Counted from the first letter of the stretch, positions 29,204 to 39,265 are shown. The stretch: DNA of 64,000 nucleotides from an uncultured Acidobacteriaceae bacterium (GCA_964235655.1 CAXSBB010000015.1:21348-85347), one strand, 5' to 3'. A program made the numbers and translations. Notes: a model not told the origin generated them from the sequence alone.

Positions 29204-30093
29204 ACAATACTTCAGCAGCTATGCGGGAACAGGCGATGCGCCCTCGCGAGTTTGATCTCATCCGCCAGATGGCTTACGACTATTGCGGCGTAGATTTAGG
29301 AGGCAAGCAGGTCCTGGTTGCTTCCCGGCTCGGCAAACAAGTACGCGAGCTTGGATTTCCCTCTTTTGAGACATACTGCGATCATCTGCAAAAGAATGGT
29401 CGCGGTGACTTATTTACAGCCATGATTGATGCGTTGACCACGAATCATACGAGCTTTTTTCGAGAGGCGCGTCACTTCGTTTTCCTGCGTGATATCGTTC
29501 TGCCCGCTCTGCCTGCGGGTAGTCCTCTACATCTGTGGAGCGCGGCTTGCTCGACCGGCGAAGAGCCCTATACGATCGCGTTCGCGCTTATTGAAGCTAT
29601 GGGCAGCGAAGCATTCTCGAGAGTGTCTATTACCGCAACCGATATCTCTACCCGTGTACTCGAAAAAGCGGAGCAGGGCCTCTATCCTGCGTCAAGCCTG
29701 CGTGATCTGCCTATCGCCATGATGCGGGATTGCCTGCTGAAAGGTACGGGAAAGTACGCGGATCAATGCCTGGTCAAGCGTGAGGTAAAAAACCTCGTCA
29801 ATTTTCAACAACTGAATTTGCTCAAGGATTGCTCCTCAGTAGGTCCTTTTCAAGTCATCTTCTGCCGCAATGTCATGATCTACTTTGATCAGCCGACACA
29901 ACAAGCAGTGGTGAACCAGCTTATTTCAAGGCTCGTTCCGGGTGGTTATCTGCTGATCGGTCATGCCGAAAGTTTGAACGGCATCACTCATTCGCTCAAA
30001 TACGTCTGCTCCGCCACGTATCGCAAGCCTGGGTCATTTCCAAAACTCAAGTCATCCGAAACATCGGCTGCCTTGCCTCGGAATGCGCAATGA
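29200..30093 (+). CDS. cheR: Chemotaxis methyltransferase CheR
   Basis: LTTNHTSFFRE, WSAACSTGEEPY, ATDIS, IFCRNVMIYF, GHAES. Confidence 0.95.
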   Translation: MNNTSAAMREQAMRPREFDLIRQMAYDYCGVDLGGKQVLVASRLGKQVRELGFPSFETYCDHLQKNGRGDLFTAMIDALTTNHTSFFREARHFVFLRDIVLPALPAGSPLHLWSAACSTGEEPYTIAFALIEAMGSEAFSRVSITATDISTRVLEKAEQGLYPASSLRDLPIAMMRDCLLKGTGKYADQCLVKREVKNLVNFQQLNLLKDCSSVGPFQVIFCRNVMIYFDQPTQQAVVNQLISRLVPGGYLLIGHAESLNGITHSLKYVCSATYRKPGSFPKLKSSETSAALPRNAQ

Positions 30094-30611
30094 ACCCGGT
30101 TCATACTGTGGGCATCAGTGACTGCCTGATATCTGGAGACCCGGCTGCTGTGCTTACTACGCACGCTCTGGGTTCCTGCATCGCCGTCGTGATCTATGAC
30201 CCGGCAGTACGGGTCGGAGGCATGCTTCACTACATGCTTCCCGACTCGAACCATGACGCTACCAAGGCTAGCGAGCGCCCTTTTATGTACGCAGACACGG
30301 GCATTCCCTTACTTTTTCGAACGGCATACGACTTCGGAGCAGTGAAGTCGCGGTTGATCGTTTCCGCTATTGGTGGGGCACAAGTGATAAGCACGAGTGA
30401 CACTTTCAACATCGGCAAAAGAAATTACATGGCCATGCGCAAGATTCTCTGGAAGGCAGGAGTGATCGTGAAAGCGGAAGACGTAGGCGGAACGGTGCCC
30501 CGCACAGTACGCCTGGAACTTGAGACCGGACAAATCCTTATCTCGATCGGCCGAGAGCAACGAGAACTTTACCCGCATGTCCCGGAACGGAGAAAAGAAT
30601 ATGCCAAGTAA
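30090..30611 (+). CDS. cheD: Chemoreceptor glutamine deamidase CheD
   Basis: LGSCIAV, GMLHYMLP, IGKRN, EDVGG..RTV. Confidence 0.93.
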   Translation: MNPVHTVGISDCLISGDPAAVLTTHALGSCIAVVIYDPAVRVGGMLHYMLPDSNHDATKASERPFMYADTGIPLLFRTAYDFGAVKSRLIVSAIGGAQVISTSDTFNIGKRNYMAMRKILWKAGVIVKAEDVGGTVPRTVRLELETGQILISIGREQRELYPHVPERRKEYAK

Positions 30612-30981
30612 TGTACTGATTGTCGATGACTCCCGCGGCATGCGCAACGTCATCCGCCGTGTCCTGCTGCTGTCAGGCTTTGAAACGGGTCTGTGCCTGG
30701 AAGCAGGCGATGGCCTGGAAGCCCTGGAAGTGCTGGAGCGCGAAAAAATAGATATCGTGCTGACCGATATCAACATGCCCAATATGAACGGCGAAGAACT
30801 CGTCGAAAAACTATTTGCCGATCCATGGCTATGCCGCATTCCGATACTCGTCATTTCGACCGATCGCAGCGACGAGCGTATGCAAAGAATGCTGGCGCTT
30901 GGGGCGAAAGGGTATGTGACGAAGCCCTTTGTTCCGGAACAACTGGGTGCCGCCCTAGCCAAGCTGATGGAGGATGCGTAG
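30601..30981 (+). CDS. cheY: Second CheY-like response regulator
   Basis: LIVDDS, LTDINMPNMNG, IST, TKPF. Confidence 0.88.
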   Translation: MPSNVLIVDDSRGMRNVIRRVLLLSGFETGLCLEAGDGLEALEVLEREKIDIVLTDINMPNMNGEELVEKLFADPWLCRIPILVISTDRSDERMQRMLALGAKGYVTKPFVPEQLGAALAKLMEDA

Positions 30982-30982
30982 C

Positions 30983-31435
30983 ATGCAGGTGAACGATTTT
31001 GAACCATGGCTTGAAGGCGCCGTAGCCGAAGTGCTCGAATCGATGTGCTTTCTTTCAACGATGGGGGAAGTTGCCGAAGCCGGCTGTGACTCGAACTGGG
31101 TTTTAAGCCAGCTTAATTTCAAAGGTGTTTGTAGCGGCAGTTTCGGTATCGGCGCCCCCCAGGCGACGGCGCAGCTGATTGCAACGAACTTCCTGGGAGA
31201 CGATGAGGCGACTTTGACAGAAGATCAAACGGCCGAGGTCATCGGCGAAGTAGCGAACATGGTTTGTGGAGCGCTGCTTGCCCGCATCGAGTCCGAGAGT
31301 GCATTCGCGCTTACTTCGCCGGAACGCAGCGTTGTTTGCACGGAAGTGCCGGTTGGGTCCGATCGAATCTCTCGCACGCTCGCGCTCGACGAAGGCATTC
31401 TGCACGTCTGGCTTGAAATTAGGAACAGCTTATGA
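30983..31435 (+). CDS. cheX: CheX-family phosphatase
   Basis: EVLESM, GEVANMVCG motif, ~150 aa. Alternative start 30974. Confidence 0.82.
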   Translation: MQVNDFEPWLEGAVAEVLESMCFLSTMGEVAEAGCDSNWVLSQLNFKGVCSGSFGIGAPQATAQLIATNFLGDDEATLTEDQTAEVIGEVANMVCGALLARIESESAFALTSPERSVVCTEVPVGSDRISRTLALDEGILHVWLEIRNSL

Positions 31436-32490
31436 GCCCATCCTTGAACAAGATCAAGGTGTTGGTGGTAGACGACTCTGCCATCGTGCGCAAGATACTC
31501 GCGGAAACAATTTCCATGGAAAGCGATATGGAAGTCGTGGGTACAGCGCCTGACCCGTTCGTAGCGCGCGACAAAATTCTTGCGCTCAAGCCGGATGTAT
31601 TGACGCTTGACATCGAGATGCCGCGCATGGACGGGCTTACTTTCCTTAAGAAGCTCATGGTGTACCATCCGATGCCTGTCATTATCATTAGCTCCCTGGC
31701 GCAGTCCTCCTGCGAGATCTCGCTTGAAGCTTTGCGTTGTGGGGCAGTTGAGGTAATGGCAAAACCGGGCGGCCCCTACTCAATCGGAGAATTGCGTGAA
31801 GGCCTGGCGCAAAAGTTGCGCGCCGCAGCGGGCGCGCGGGTGGCTTCTATAAAATCTCGACGGGAGGCTACGCCTGTTCTCCCACCGAAACCAAGCAATG
31901 CAACTTTCTCTTCCGATACTGTAATAGCTATCGGTGCTTCCACTGGAGGGACCGAGGCAATCCATGACGTGTTGATCGAGTTGCCGTCAAACACGCCGGG
32001 TATGGTCCTGACTCAGCACATTCCAAAACTCTTCTCGACCTCATTCGCGCAGCGCTTGAATCGCTTGTGCTCCTTCGAGGTAAAAGAAGCCCAGGATGGC
32101 GATGAACTTGGCCCCGGACGCGCCCTGCTGGCTCCCGGAGACTTTCATATGGTGCTCCGGCGCGTTGGGTCCACGTATCGAGTCCAAATACAGGACGGAC
32201 CCAAAATTTGCTATCAGCGTCCGGCTGTTGACGTCATGTTCAGCTCCGTTGCCAAAGCTGCGAAAGGGAATGCGATTGGAGTGCTGCTGACCGGCATGGG
32301 TTCAGATGGAGCGCAGGGTCTGCTGACCATGCGCAATGCGGGAGCCAGAACAATCGTGCAAAATGAAGCAACCTGCGTTGTATATGGTATGCCGCGCGAA
32401 GCAGTACGAATGGGAGCAGCAGAGCAGGTCCTCGCCTTATCGGCAATTCCATCGGCCATCCTGAAAGAGGCCGCACGCATGCGCCAGTAA
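31432..32490 (+). CDS. cheB: Chemotaxis methylesterase response regulator CheB
   Basis: REC domain (TLDIEMP) plus catalytic GASTGG, QHIP, TGMGSDG. Confidence 0.96.
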   Translation: MSPSLNKIKVLVVDDSAIVRKILAETISMESDMEVVGTAPDPFVARDKILALKPDVLTLDIEMPRMDGLTFLKKLMVYHPMPVIIISSLAQSSCEISLEALRCGAVEVMAKPGGPYSIGELREGLAQKLRAAAGARVASIKSRREATPVLPPKPSNATFSSDTVIAIGASTGGTEAIHDVLIELPSNTPGMVLTQHIPKLFSTSFAQRLNRLCSFEVKEAQDGDELGPGRALLAPGDFHMVLRRVGSTYRVQIQDGPKICYQRPAVDVMFSSVAKAAKGNAIGVLLTGMGSDGAQGLLTMRNAGARTIVQNEATCVVYGMPREAVRMGAAEQVLALSAIPSAILKEAARMRQ

Positions 32491-32847
32491 TTACTCAGCT
32501 AATACCATTTGGGAGATGGAGGACTTATGAACCACGAACGTCTCGGCTGAAGTTGTCCTAGTATCCGTGTAGTACAGCAAAACCCTAAAGTATGACATGC
32601 AGGAAGAAAAACGCTGGCGTGTGGTGATGCGAAAATCAGCAAACCTAAGAAAGCGTAAGAAAATGGCTGCCAGCGCATAGAAGCTTCTCAAGCTAGAATA
32701 TTGCGCCATAGATCAAGCTTGCAGTTTCTAAAATGACTGTGTACGTGGGTACAACTAGATTTGTCTTTAACCAACATTCAGAGGAGTACGATCCTCGGGA
32801 ATGATGCCGATGCTATTACTTCGGCAAAGCCTTGATCAGTATCTGTC

Positions 32848-33270
32848 TTAGAATAGCTGAAAATTTACTTCTAAATGAATCGCCACAGCAACCGGATTTC
32901 CCTTTAGCATTCCCGGCTTAAATCGATATTGACTCACCGCCTCCACAGCTTTATCGTCCAAACTTTTCGCGGCGACTCGATACTTCGGATCTACTGTTTC
33001 GGCAAGTGAGTGGGATACCTTTACCTCCTGCGGCTTACCCTGCGCATCTACCACTAACGAAATTGTAGTGACTCCCCGCAAATGAGGCTTCCGAGCCTCC
33101 TCAGTAAACTCCGGGTCCACTGCGTATATCAACTTGGGAGAGGTAACCTCGCTGCTTGCCTGATATACAAGGGGCTTGGCTGCCGGAGCGTTTGGAAGCG
33201 AGCTTTGCGCTGAAGCGGGAAAAGCCTGTAGCGAAAGATAGCCGCCCAATAAGACTTTACCTAAATGCAT
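32848..33270 (-). CDS. Short TonB C-terminal domain protein with signal peptide
   Basis: PKLIYAVDPEFTEEAR, LDDKAVEAVSQYRFKPG, PVAV. Confidence 0.82.
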   Translation of the reverse strand: MHLGKVLLGGYLSLQAFPASAQSSLPNAPAAKPLVYQASSEVTSPKLIYAVDPEFTEEARKPHLRGVTTISLVVDAQGKPQEVKVSHSLAETVDPKYRVAAKSLDDKAVEAVSQYRFKPGMLKGNPVAVAIHLEVNFQLF

Positions 33271-33444
33271 GTTGAAAGCTCCCTTTCATACACGAAAACT
33301 AGCGCCTTAATACATTCCATTCTTAAGTGTATGTAGTAACTGAAATTCGATGTGCTTTCTTTTCTCTAACACAATGCGATTTAACGGTACCCGACAACCT
33401 AATTTTATAAAGCTTAATCACTGCATCTGCTCGCACGGTACCAT

Positions 33445-33921
33445 TCAAAACGGAATGTCATCATCTGTAATCTCCGCATGTGCGTAGTCATCCTGTGGAG
33501 CGGAAGAGCGCTGATCGAAGGAAGCTGTACTGCTTGCATTGCTCCGCGAGTAGCTACCCGGAGAACCGCTGTCGCCGCCTTCACGGTCGCCCAATAATAC
33601 GAGCTCATTGACCAGAATCTCTGTACGGTAGACCTTCTTGTTGGTTTCTTTGTCGTCCCAGGATCGTGTAGTAAGCTTACCTTCGATATAAAGCTTTTTC
33701 CCTTTTTTCACATAATCGCGAACGATTTCGGCAGTACGTCCAAAGGCAACCAGGTTGTGCCATTCAGTTTTATCGGTATAGTTTTCTGTCCCTTTTTCCT
33801 TGACTCGGTCTGTGGTAGCAAGGCCAAAGTTGGCGAGTGCCTGCCCGCTGGGTAGAAATTTGACTTCAGGGTCTTTGCCGACATTGCCGAGCAGAGTGAC
33901 TTTATTGACTGTTTTCGCCAT
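33445..33921 (-). CDS. ssb: Single-stranded DNA-binding protein
   Basis: VNKVTLLGNVGKDPE, TEWH, acidic DDDIPF tail. Confidence 0.97.
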   Translation of the reverse strand: MAKTVNKVTLLGNVGKDPEVKFLPSGQALANFGLATTDRVKEKGTENYTDKTEWHNLVAFGRTAEIVRDYVKKGKKLYIEGKLTTRSWDDKETNKKVYRTEILVNELVLLGDREGGDSGSPGSYSRSNASSTASFDQRSSAPQDDYAHAEITDDDIPF

Positions 33922-34025
33922 GGCAGGTACGTGTCCTTCAAAGTTAATATGTTGTGCAAAGGATAGCAGCCGAAGGCATGGGCAAGGCCCAGGAACCGGT
34001 TAGCAATCAGTTACGCAAGGTCAGA

Positions 34026-34616
34026 TCAGTAGTTCGCTCCAACAGCTGCATGCAGCATCAGGTATACTACCACACCCGTTACAGACACATACAACCACAA
34101 GGGAAATGTCCAGCGGGCAAGCTTTTTATGCTGAGCGAACCGGCCTGACAGAGACAGGAAGAATGTGCTTAGCACAATTGGCAGTGCGATGATGGAGAGC
34201 AGGACGTGGCTAGCCAGCAGTGCCAGGTACGTTGTGCGCAGGGGATTGTGCCGGGGGTAGAGCGTGTCACCGTGGATGGCGTGGTTGGTGATGTATGACA
34301 CCAGAAAGATGGATGAGAATACAAAGGCCGTCAGCATGGCGGCACGGTGGCGAGTGATCTCGCGGCGGCGAATGAAGATGAACCCGGTAGTGAGAGCGAT
34401 TGCGCTGAGACCATTGAGTATGGCATTAAGCGCCGGAAGAAAAAGCAGGCGGCCTCGAAACTCCGCCGGGGCATGGTGAACATACAGCAGCCACAGCAGG
34501 AACAACGTAGCCAGCACACTGACCAGCAGGATACCCAGCACGCCATAGGTTGCGGGACGATTGTTGACCGGACCACCTACAGGCGGTTGAAGGTGCGTCA
34601 GTGCGGTGTCGTTCAT
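34026..34616 (-). CDS. DUF420 family membrane protein (CtaM/YozB-like)
   Basis: LPALNAILN, HRAAM, FLVSY, HKKLARWTFPLWLYVSVTGV. Confidence 0.88.
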   Translation of the reverse strand: MNDTALTHLQPPVGGPVNNRPATYGVLGILLVSVLATLFLLWLLYVHHAPAEFRGRLLFLPALNAILNGLSAIALTTGFIFIRRREITRHRAAMLTAFVFSSIFLVSYITNHAIHGDTLYPRHNPLRTTYLALLASHVLLSIIALPIVLSTFFLSLSGRFAQHKKLARWTFPLWLYVSVTGVVVYLMLHAAVGANY

Positions 34617-34630
34617 TAGCAATCCCCCTT

Positions 34631-35473
34631 TCAGGCAGCAGGCTTGTGCGAGCGGCGCGTGACGACAGCCCACGAAGCCGCAAAGCAGAGCAGGCAGAAA
34701 CCGGCGGTTACAAGGAGGTTGACGGGCAGGGAAGCATCCGTATGCTGGAGCGGGAAGAGCAGGTTTCGCAGTGCGTCGACCCCATAGCTAAGCGGGTTGG
34801 CCCGCATAATGGCATGCAGCCATGGCGAGGCACCATCGGCAGGGAACAGCGAGCCGGACAGCATCCAGAGCGGCAGCAGCAGCAAGTTCACAATGGCGTG
34901 GAAGGCTTGCGGTGAATCAAGCGGCCAGGCGATGGTGAAGCCTAGCGCCGTAAGCTCAAAGGAGAGCATGCCGATGACAGCCATGCCCAGCAGCACTGCT
35001 CCGAAGCTAACGTGTACGCCCACAAACGGCGCGAAAAACAGGAACACGAAGCCCTGGATGGCAGCGAGTGTAGCACCGCCCAGTACCTTCCCCAGCACAA
35101 TGGCCGTGCGCGAAACCGGCGCTGCCAGCACCGAGAGCAGAAAGCCCTCGTTGCGGTCCTGGATAAGCGACATCATGGAAAAAATAGATGTGAACAGCAC
35201 GATCATTGCAACGGAGCCGGGGAAGAAGTACCCCAGATAGTGGCTGTTGCCGCCGCTTGTTCCGGAGGAGTGGAAGGAGTTCGCAAAGCCTGAGCCGAGG
35301 ACCAGCCAGAACAGCAGCGGTGAGGCAATGACGCCGACTACACGCGCCTTTTGCCGGTAGAAGCGGACAATCTCGCGCCGCCATAGCGAATAGGCTGCGA
35401 TGGCCGTCGACGGACGGGCTGGGGCAATGGAGCGGCTGGAGATGCGGGGTGCCTGTGTAGCGATCGTTGCCAT
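34631..35473 (-). CDS. ABC-2 type transporter permease
   Basis: About six TMs. DRNEGFL..VLAAPVSR..GKVLGG, LSGSLFP, NPLSYGVD. Confidence 0.9.
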   Translation of the reverse strand: MATIATQAPRISSRSIAPARPSTAIAAYSLWRREIVRFYRQKARVVGVIASPLLFWLVLGSGFANSFHSSGTSGGNSHYLGYFFPGSVAMIVLFTSIFSMMSLIQDRNEGFLLSVLAAPVSRTAIVLGKVLGGATLAAIQGFVFLFFAPFVGVHVSFGAVLLGMAVIGMLSFELTALGFTIAWPLDSPQAFHAIVNLLLLPLWMLSGSLFPADGASPWLHAIMRANPLSYGVDALRNLLFPLQHTDASLPVNLLVTAGFCLLCFAASWAVVTRRSHKPAA

Positions 35474-35491
35474 AGTTGCTTTCTTATAGAT

Positions 35492-36571
35492 CTAGAGCGG
35501 GTGCTTGAAGCTTTCGCGTGTTGCAACAGTTTTAGTCAGGGCATCCACTTCAGCATTGACCTGGGCTTCCGCATGGGCTTCAGCCCCCTGCTCCTGCCAG
35601 AAGCGGTGACCGGTACGCTGAATAAAGACATCTTCCAGAGACGGCTTTTGCACGCGGATACCTTCGATCAAGCCCGGGAAGGCCTCAATCACGGTAGTGA
35701 CAAATCGATGCCCCTCTTCATGCTCCAGCCGCAGACTTGCACCCAGCACGGTGGGCCGTACTCCGTAGCGGCTTGTCAGGCGCTCTTCCAGAAGCCGTGC
35801 ATGGGCTGTATCGCGCGTATCGAACGTTACGATGTCGCCGCCGATCTCATCCTTCAACGCAGTGGGCGAACCCAGCGCGACCAGTTTGCCCGCGTTGAGA
35901 AAAGCGAGCCGGTCACAGTGCTCGGCCTCCTCCATCAGGTGCGTGGTTACCAGCACGGAGACACCGTCTTCATCGCGCAGAGTGCGCAGGTACTGCCACA
36001 AGTCACGACGCGCACCCGGATCGAGGCCAGTTGAAGGCTCGTCAAGCAGTAGCACCGCAGGGGAGTGGATAAGTCCCTTCGCCAGCTCGACCCGGCGTTG
36101 CATACCACCTGAAAGGGTCTCGACAAAGTCTTTTGCCCGGTCGCGCAGCAGCACACGGCCCAGCACCTCGTCGATGCGGCGGCGTAGCGCCTTGCCGCTC
36201 AACCCGTAGAGATGACCCTGGTGCATCAAATTTTCTTCAACGGTTAGTTTCAGGTCCACAGACCGGGCTTGAAACACGATGCCGACACGCGCCCGTACTT
36301 CACGCGGCTCTGTCGCGGCATCAAAACCGGCGATGCGGGCATGTCCACCGGTTGGCACCATCAAGGTTGAAAGAATGCGGAACAAGGTCGTTTTACCGCT
36401 GCCGTTGGGGCCAAGCAGTCCAAAAATTTCGCGCGGCTGCACACTGAAGGTAAGCGCATCGAGCGCCTTGCGAGCACCGTAGTGATGCGTTAAACCGGTG
36501 AGCTCAATCGGCGCGGGGTCGGCGGCTATTTGCGAGTCGGAAGTATATTGTGAAGCCAAAGCTGTTGCCAT
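35492..36571 (-). CDS. ABC transporter ATP-binding protein (DrrA-like)
   Basis: GPNGSGKTT, LSGGM, LLLDEP, TTH. Confidence 0.92.
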   Translation of the reverse strand: MATALASQYTSDSQIAADPAPIELTGLTHHYGARKALDALTFSVQPREIFGLLGPNGSGKTTLFRILSTLMVPTGGHARIAGFDAATEPREVRARVGIVFQARSVDLKLTVEENLMHQGHLYGLSGKALRRRIDEVLGRVLLRDRAKDFVETLSGGMQRRVELAKGLIHSPAVLLLDEPSTGLDPGARRDLWQYLRTLRDEDGVSVLVTTHLMEEAEHCDRLAFLNAGKLVALGSPTALKDEIGGDIVTFDTRDTAHARLLEERLTSRYGVRPTVLGASLRLEHEEGHRFVTTVIEAFPGLIEGIRVQKPSLEDVFIQRTGHRFWQEQGAEAHAEAQVNAEVDALTKTVATRESFKHPL

Positions 36572-36584
36572 GTGACTCCCCCGT

Positions 36585-37628
36585 TCAGCGGCTGCGTGCG
36601 TCCAGCATCAGCACCAATAGCAACAGCGGCAGATAGATCACGCTGACCTGTAGCAGGTCGCGCGCGTACATCTTGCTTTCTACCTTGGAGCTTGCTGTGA
36701 CAATGCGCCGAAACCGCAACGAATAGATGAGATAAACAAGCGAAAGTACGAGCGCCGCGACACCGTAGATGCGTCCTGTCATACCGAGGTACACCGGCAC
36801 CAGGCTTACGGGAACCATAAGTACGGCATAACTGAGGGCCTGGCGCACTGTCGAGACGCCGTCAGGCTCTACCGTCGGGAGCATGCGGATACCGGCACGG
36901 CCGTAATCTTCGCGGTACATCCAGGCTATGGCCATAAAGTGGGGAAACTGCCAGACAAACAGCAAAGCAAACAACGCTACCGCCGGCCACTCAATGTGCC
37001 CGCGAGCAGCTACCCAGCCAAGCAGGGGCGGCATGGCACCTGGGAATGCACCGATGAAAGTGGCAAAGGTAGTGACACGCTTGAGCGGGGTATAAACCAG
37101 CACGTAGGTAGCGGCGGTCAGTAGGGTCAGCGCGGCGCTCCAGGCATTCGCCTCGCGCAGCAACAGGGTTGTGCCGACAGCGGTTACAGCAAGCGCCAGC
37201 CCGACACCATGGACGCGGCTGATGCGGCCTGCAGCCATGGGTCGCCGAGCGGTACGGATCATGCGGGCGTCGGAGCTAGCCTCCATGGCTTCGTTGAGCG
37301 CCGCAGCGCCCGCGCTTACCAGGCCGATACCGAGCAGCACAGCGATCAAACCCGGCTGCATGCTGCTGACACCCGACCGCAAGGAGCCAAGATAAAAACC
37401 GGCCCAGGCAGTCAGCACGATCATCGCTGTGACGCGCAGCTTGAACAGTTCCGAGTAATCATGAATGCGAGAAGCGGTTTCTCCGGCGCGCAGCGGTTGA
37501 GGAGCGATTGTCAAAGGGCCAAGGTCCACTTGTGGAGCCGCTCCAGGCTCACGCTTTCTCGCCGTCGCGGATGAAATCACGACTGAACTCGACGGGATAG
37601 CACGGCAGATGCCGCGCCCCTGAGACAT
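36585..37628 (-). CDS. ctaB: Heme O synthase (protoheme IX farnesyltransferase)
   Basis: DARMIRTARRP, YTPLKR, GAMPPLLGW, WQFPHF, YREDY. True start may be slightly downstream. Confidence 0.93.
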   Translation of the reverse strand: MSQGRGICRAIPSSSVVISSATARKREPGAAPQVDLGPLTIAPQPLRAGETASRIHDYSELFKLRVTAMIVLTAWAGFYLGSLRSGVSSMQPGLIAVLLGIGLVSAGAAALNEAMEASSDARMIRTARRPMAAGRISRVHGVGLALAVTAVGTTLLLREANAWSAALTLLTAATYVLVYTPLKRVTTFATFIGAFPGAMPPLLGWVAARGHIEWPAVALFALLFVWQFPHFMAIAWMYREDYGRAGIRMLPTVEPDGVSTVRQALSYAVLMVPVSLVPVYLGMTGRIYGVAALVLSLVYLIYSLRFRRIVTASSKVESKMYARDLLQVSVIYLPLLLLVLMLDARSR

Positions 37629-37736
37629 GCTGCCGCGGCAATTACAAAGGCTGCTCTCACTCCTCTATCGTAGCAGCGGCTCGCTGGGGTACGGGGTTTG
37701 CGCGGGCAGTGCTGTTTGCGTCGTCAAGGCTGCTCC

Positions 37737-38249
37737 TTACCGTACCTTGGCAGCAATCAATTCGGCTAGCGACTCGGGCGTTTGCGCTTCGGTAGGGAGG
37801 ATGAGATCAGCAGCTTCATAGAAGGGTACGCGCCGGGCAAAGCGCAGTTCCAGCAACTCATGGTCACGCAAAACAGGCCGGACTGCAGCATTTGGTTCTG
37901 CGGCGCAGCGAGCAAGTGAAACCGCAAGCGAGGTTTGCAGATATACCAGTAATGTACCCGGGTTGGCCGTGAGGGAGGCGCGGGTACCGGCATGCTCCAT
38001 CGCGCCCCCACCTAAAGCGATCACAGCGGTTTCTATACGAAGCAAATCGGCAATTAACCCGGCTTCATGCTCCCGAAATAGAGGCTCGCCAAGCCGTGCA
38101 AATAGTTCCGCGACACTCCCGCCCAACCGGGCAACTAACAGCGCGTCTGTATCAAAGAACCGCCAGCCGAGCCGGGAAGCAAGCAGGCGGCCTACCGTGG
38201 TTTTGCCTGCCCCCATGAAGCCGGTAAGCACCACCCGCCGGTACGGCAC
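37737..38249 (-). CDS. aroK: Shikimate kinase
   Basis: LTGFMGAGKTTVG, DTD, GEPLFR, ALGGG, RPVL. Confidence 0.93.
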   Translation of the reverse strand: MPYRRVVLTGFMGAGKTTVGRLLASRLGWRFFDTDALLVARLGGSVAELFARLGEPLFREHEAGLIADLLRIETAVIALGGGAMEHAGTRASLTANPGTLLVYLQTSLAVSLARCAAEPNAAVRPVLRDHELLELRFARRVPFYEAADLILPTEAQTPESLAELIAAKVR

Positions 38250-38250
38250 A

Positions 38251-38490
38251 CTAGCTCTTGGAATCGGGTGTATTGAGAGCGGTCTTGATATTCTCCCACA
38301 CAGCCGGTGAGGGATTGTGAATCGGCATCAGCAGCTTGGCCTGCTGCGCGATGTACTCGAGGTCTCGCACCAGTTCAGCGCAATTTTCGCAAGACTCCAG
38401 GTGCGGCTCCCGGCTGAAGTCGGTTTCCGCTCCGAACAATTGGGGCAGCCGTTCTTGAAATGCAGCACAGTCAACGCTTTTTTCCATCAT
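38251..38490 (-). CDS. Small zinc-binding anti-sigma (ZAS)-like protein
   Basis: C..HLESCENC (HxxxCxxC). Overlaps the ECF sigma stop by ATGA. Confidence 0.68.
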   Translation of the reverse strand: MMEKSVDCAAFQERLPQLFGAETDFSREPHLESCENCAELVRDLEYIAQQAKLLMPIHNPSPAVWENIKTALNTPDSKS

Positions 38491-39140
38491 TCCTGTACTT
38501 CCTTTCGCAGACCGGTTTTTAGAAGATCACGCAGCTTCATGCGTGCCTTATGCAGTTGAGATTTGCTGTTGCCGATGGAGCAGTCCAGCATGCCCGCGAT
38601 CTCGTTATGTTCGTAGCCTTCCACGTCGTGCAGCACAAATACCAGCCGGTAGCCGGGCGGAAGGTTCTCCACAGCCCGCTCCAGAGTGACACGGTCGATA
38701 GAGCCTGAAAGCTGAAGGTCGCGCGCTCCAATGTCCTTGCGCGGACCGTCATCGCTTGAAGGTTCAAGAGTTTCCTCAAGCGAGACCTGCGGCAAGCCTT
38801 TCTTGCGCAGGTGCATCAGCACTACATTGACGGCCAAACGGTGAAGCCAGGTGGAAAAGGCGGAATCGCCGCGAAAGGTGCCGATTTTGCGATAAAGCTG
38901 CAGAAAAGCTTCCTGGGTCAGGTCTTCCGCCTCAGCCACATTACCCAGCATGCGGAGGCATAGGGAATACACTCTGCGCTTGTGAAGTGCATAAAGGGTT
39001 TCAAACGCCCGGCCATCGCCGCTCTGTGCGGCGGCAATGGCTTCTGCCTCGCCGGCAATCGGCGGATTGCGCCGCATGTGCTGCACCGGATTTTTTGCTT
39101 GTTGTGTAGGTCCTGCTGTGCTCACGGCACTCCGATCCAT
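38487..39140 (-). CDS. ECF RNA polymerase sigma factor
   Basis: [20 protein letters not shown] (region 2), [28 protein letters not shown] (region 4). Confidence 0.93.
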   Translation of the reverse strand: MDRSAVSTAGPTQQAKNPVQHMRRNPPIAGEAEAIAAAQSGDGRAFETLYALHKRRVYSLCLRMLGNVAEAEDLTQEAFLQLYRKIGTFRGDSAFSTWLHRLAVNVVLMHLRKKGLPQVSLEETLEPSSDDGPRKDIGARDLQLSGSIDRVTLERAVENLPPGYRLVFVLHDVEGYEHNEIAGMLDCSIGNSKSQLHKARMKLRDLLKTGLRKEVQE

Positions 39141-39265
39141 AAATCCATCTTTGGTGTCACGATTTCGGGGAACTACCGGCTAGCATATGCGCGTCATAAC
39201 CAGCGCTGTGACGCCTGTACCGGATACATGGTTGCACAAGCCGCATTTACAGGAAAGCGATCCCA

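Noticed and set aside
32491-32709. 72-aa minus-strand ORF after cheB
   Set aside because: No RBS or motifs; probably non-coding AT-rich spacer.
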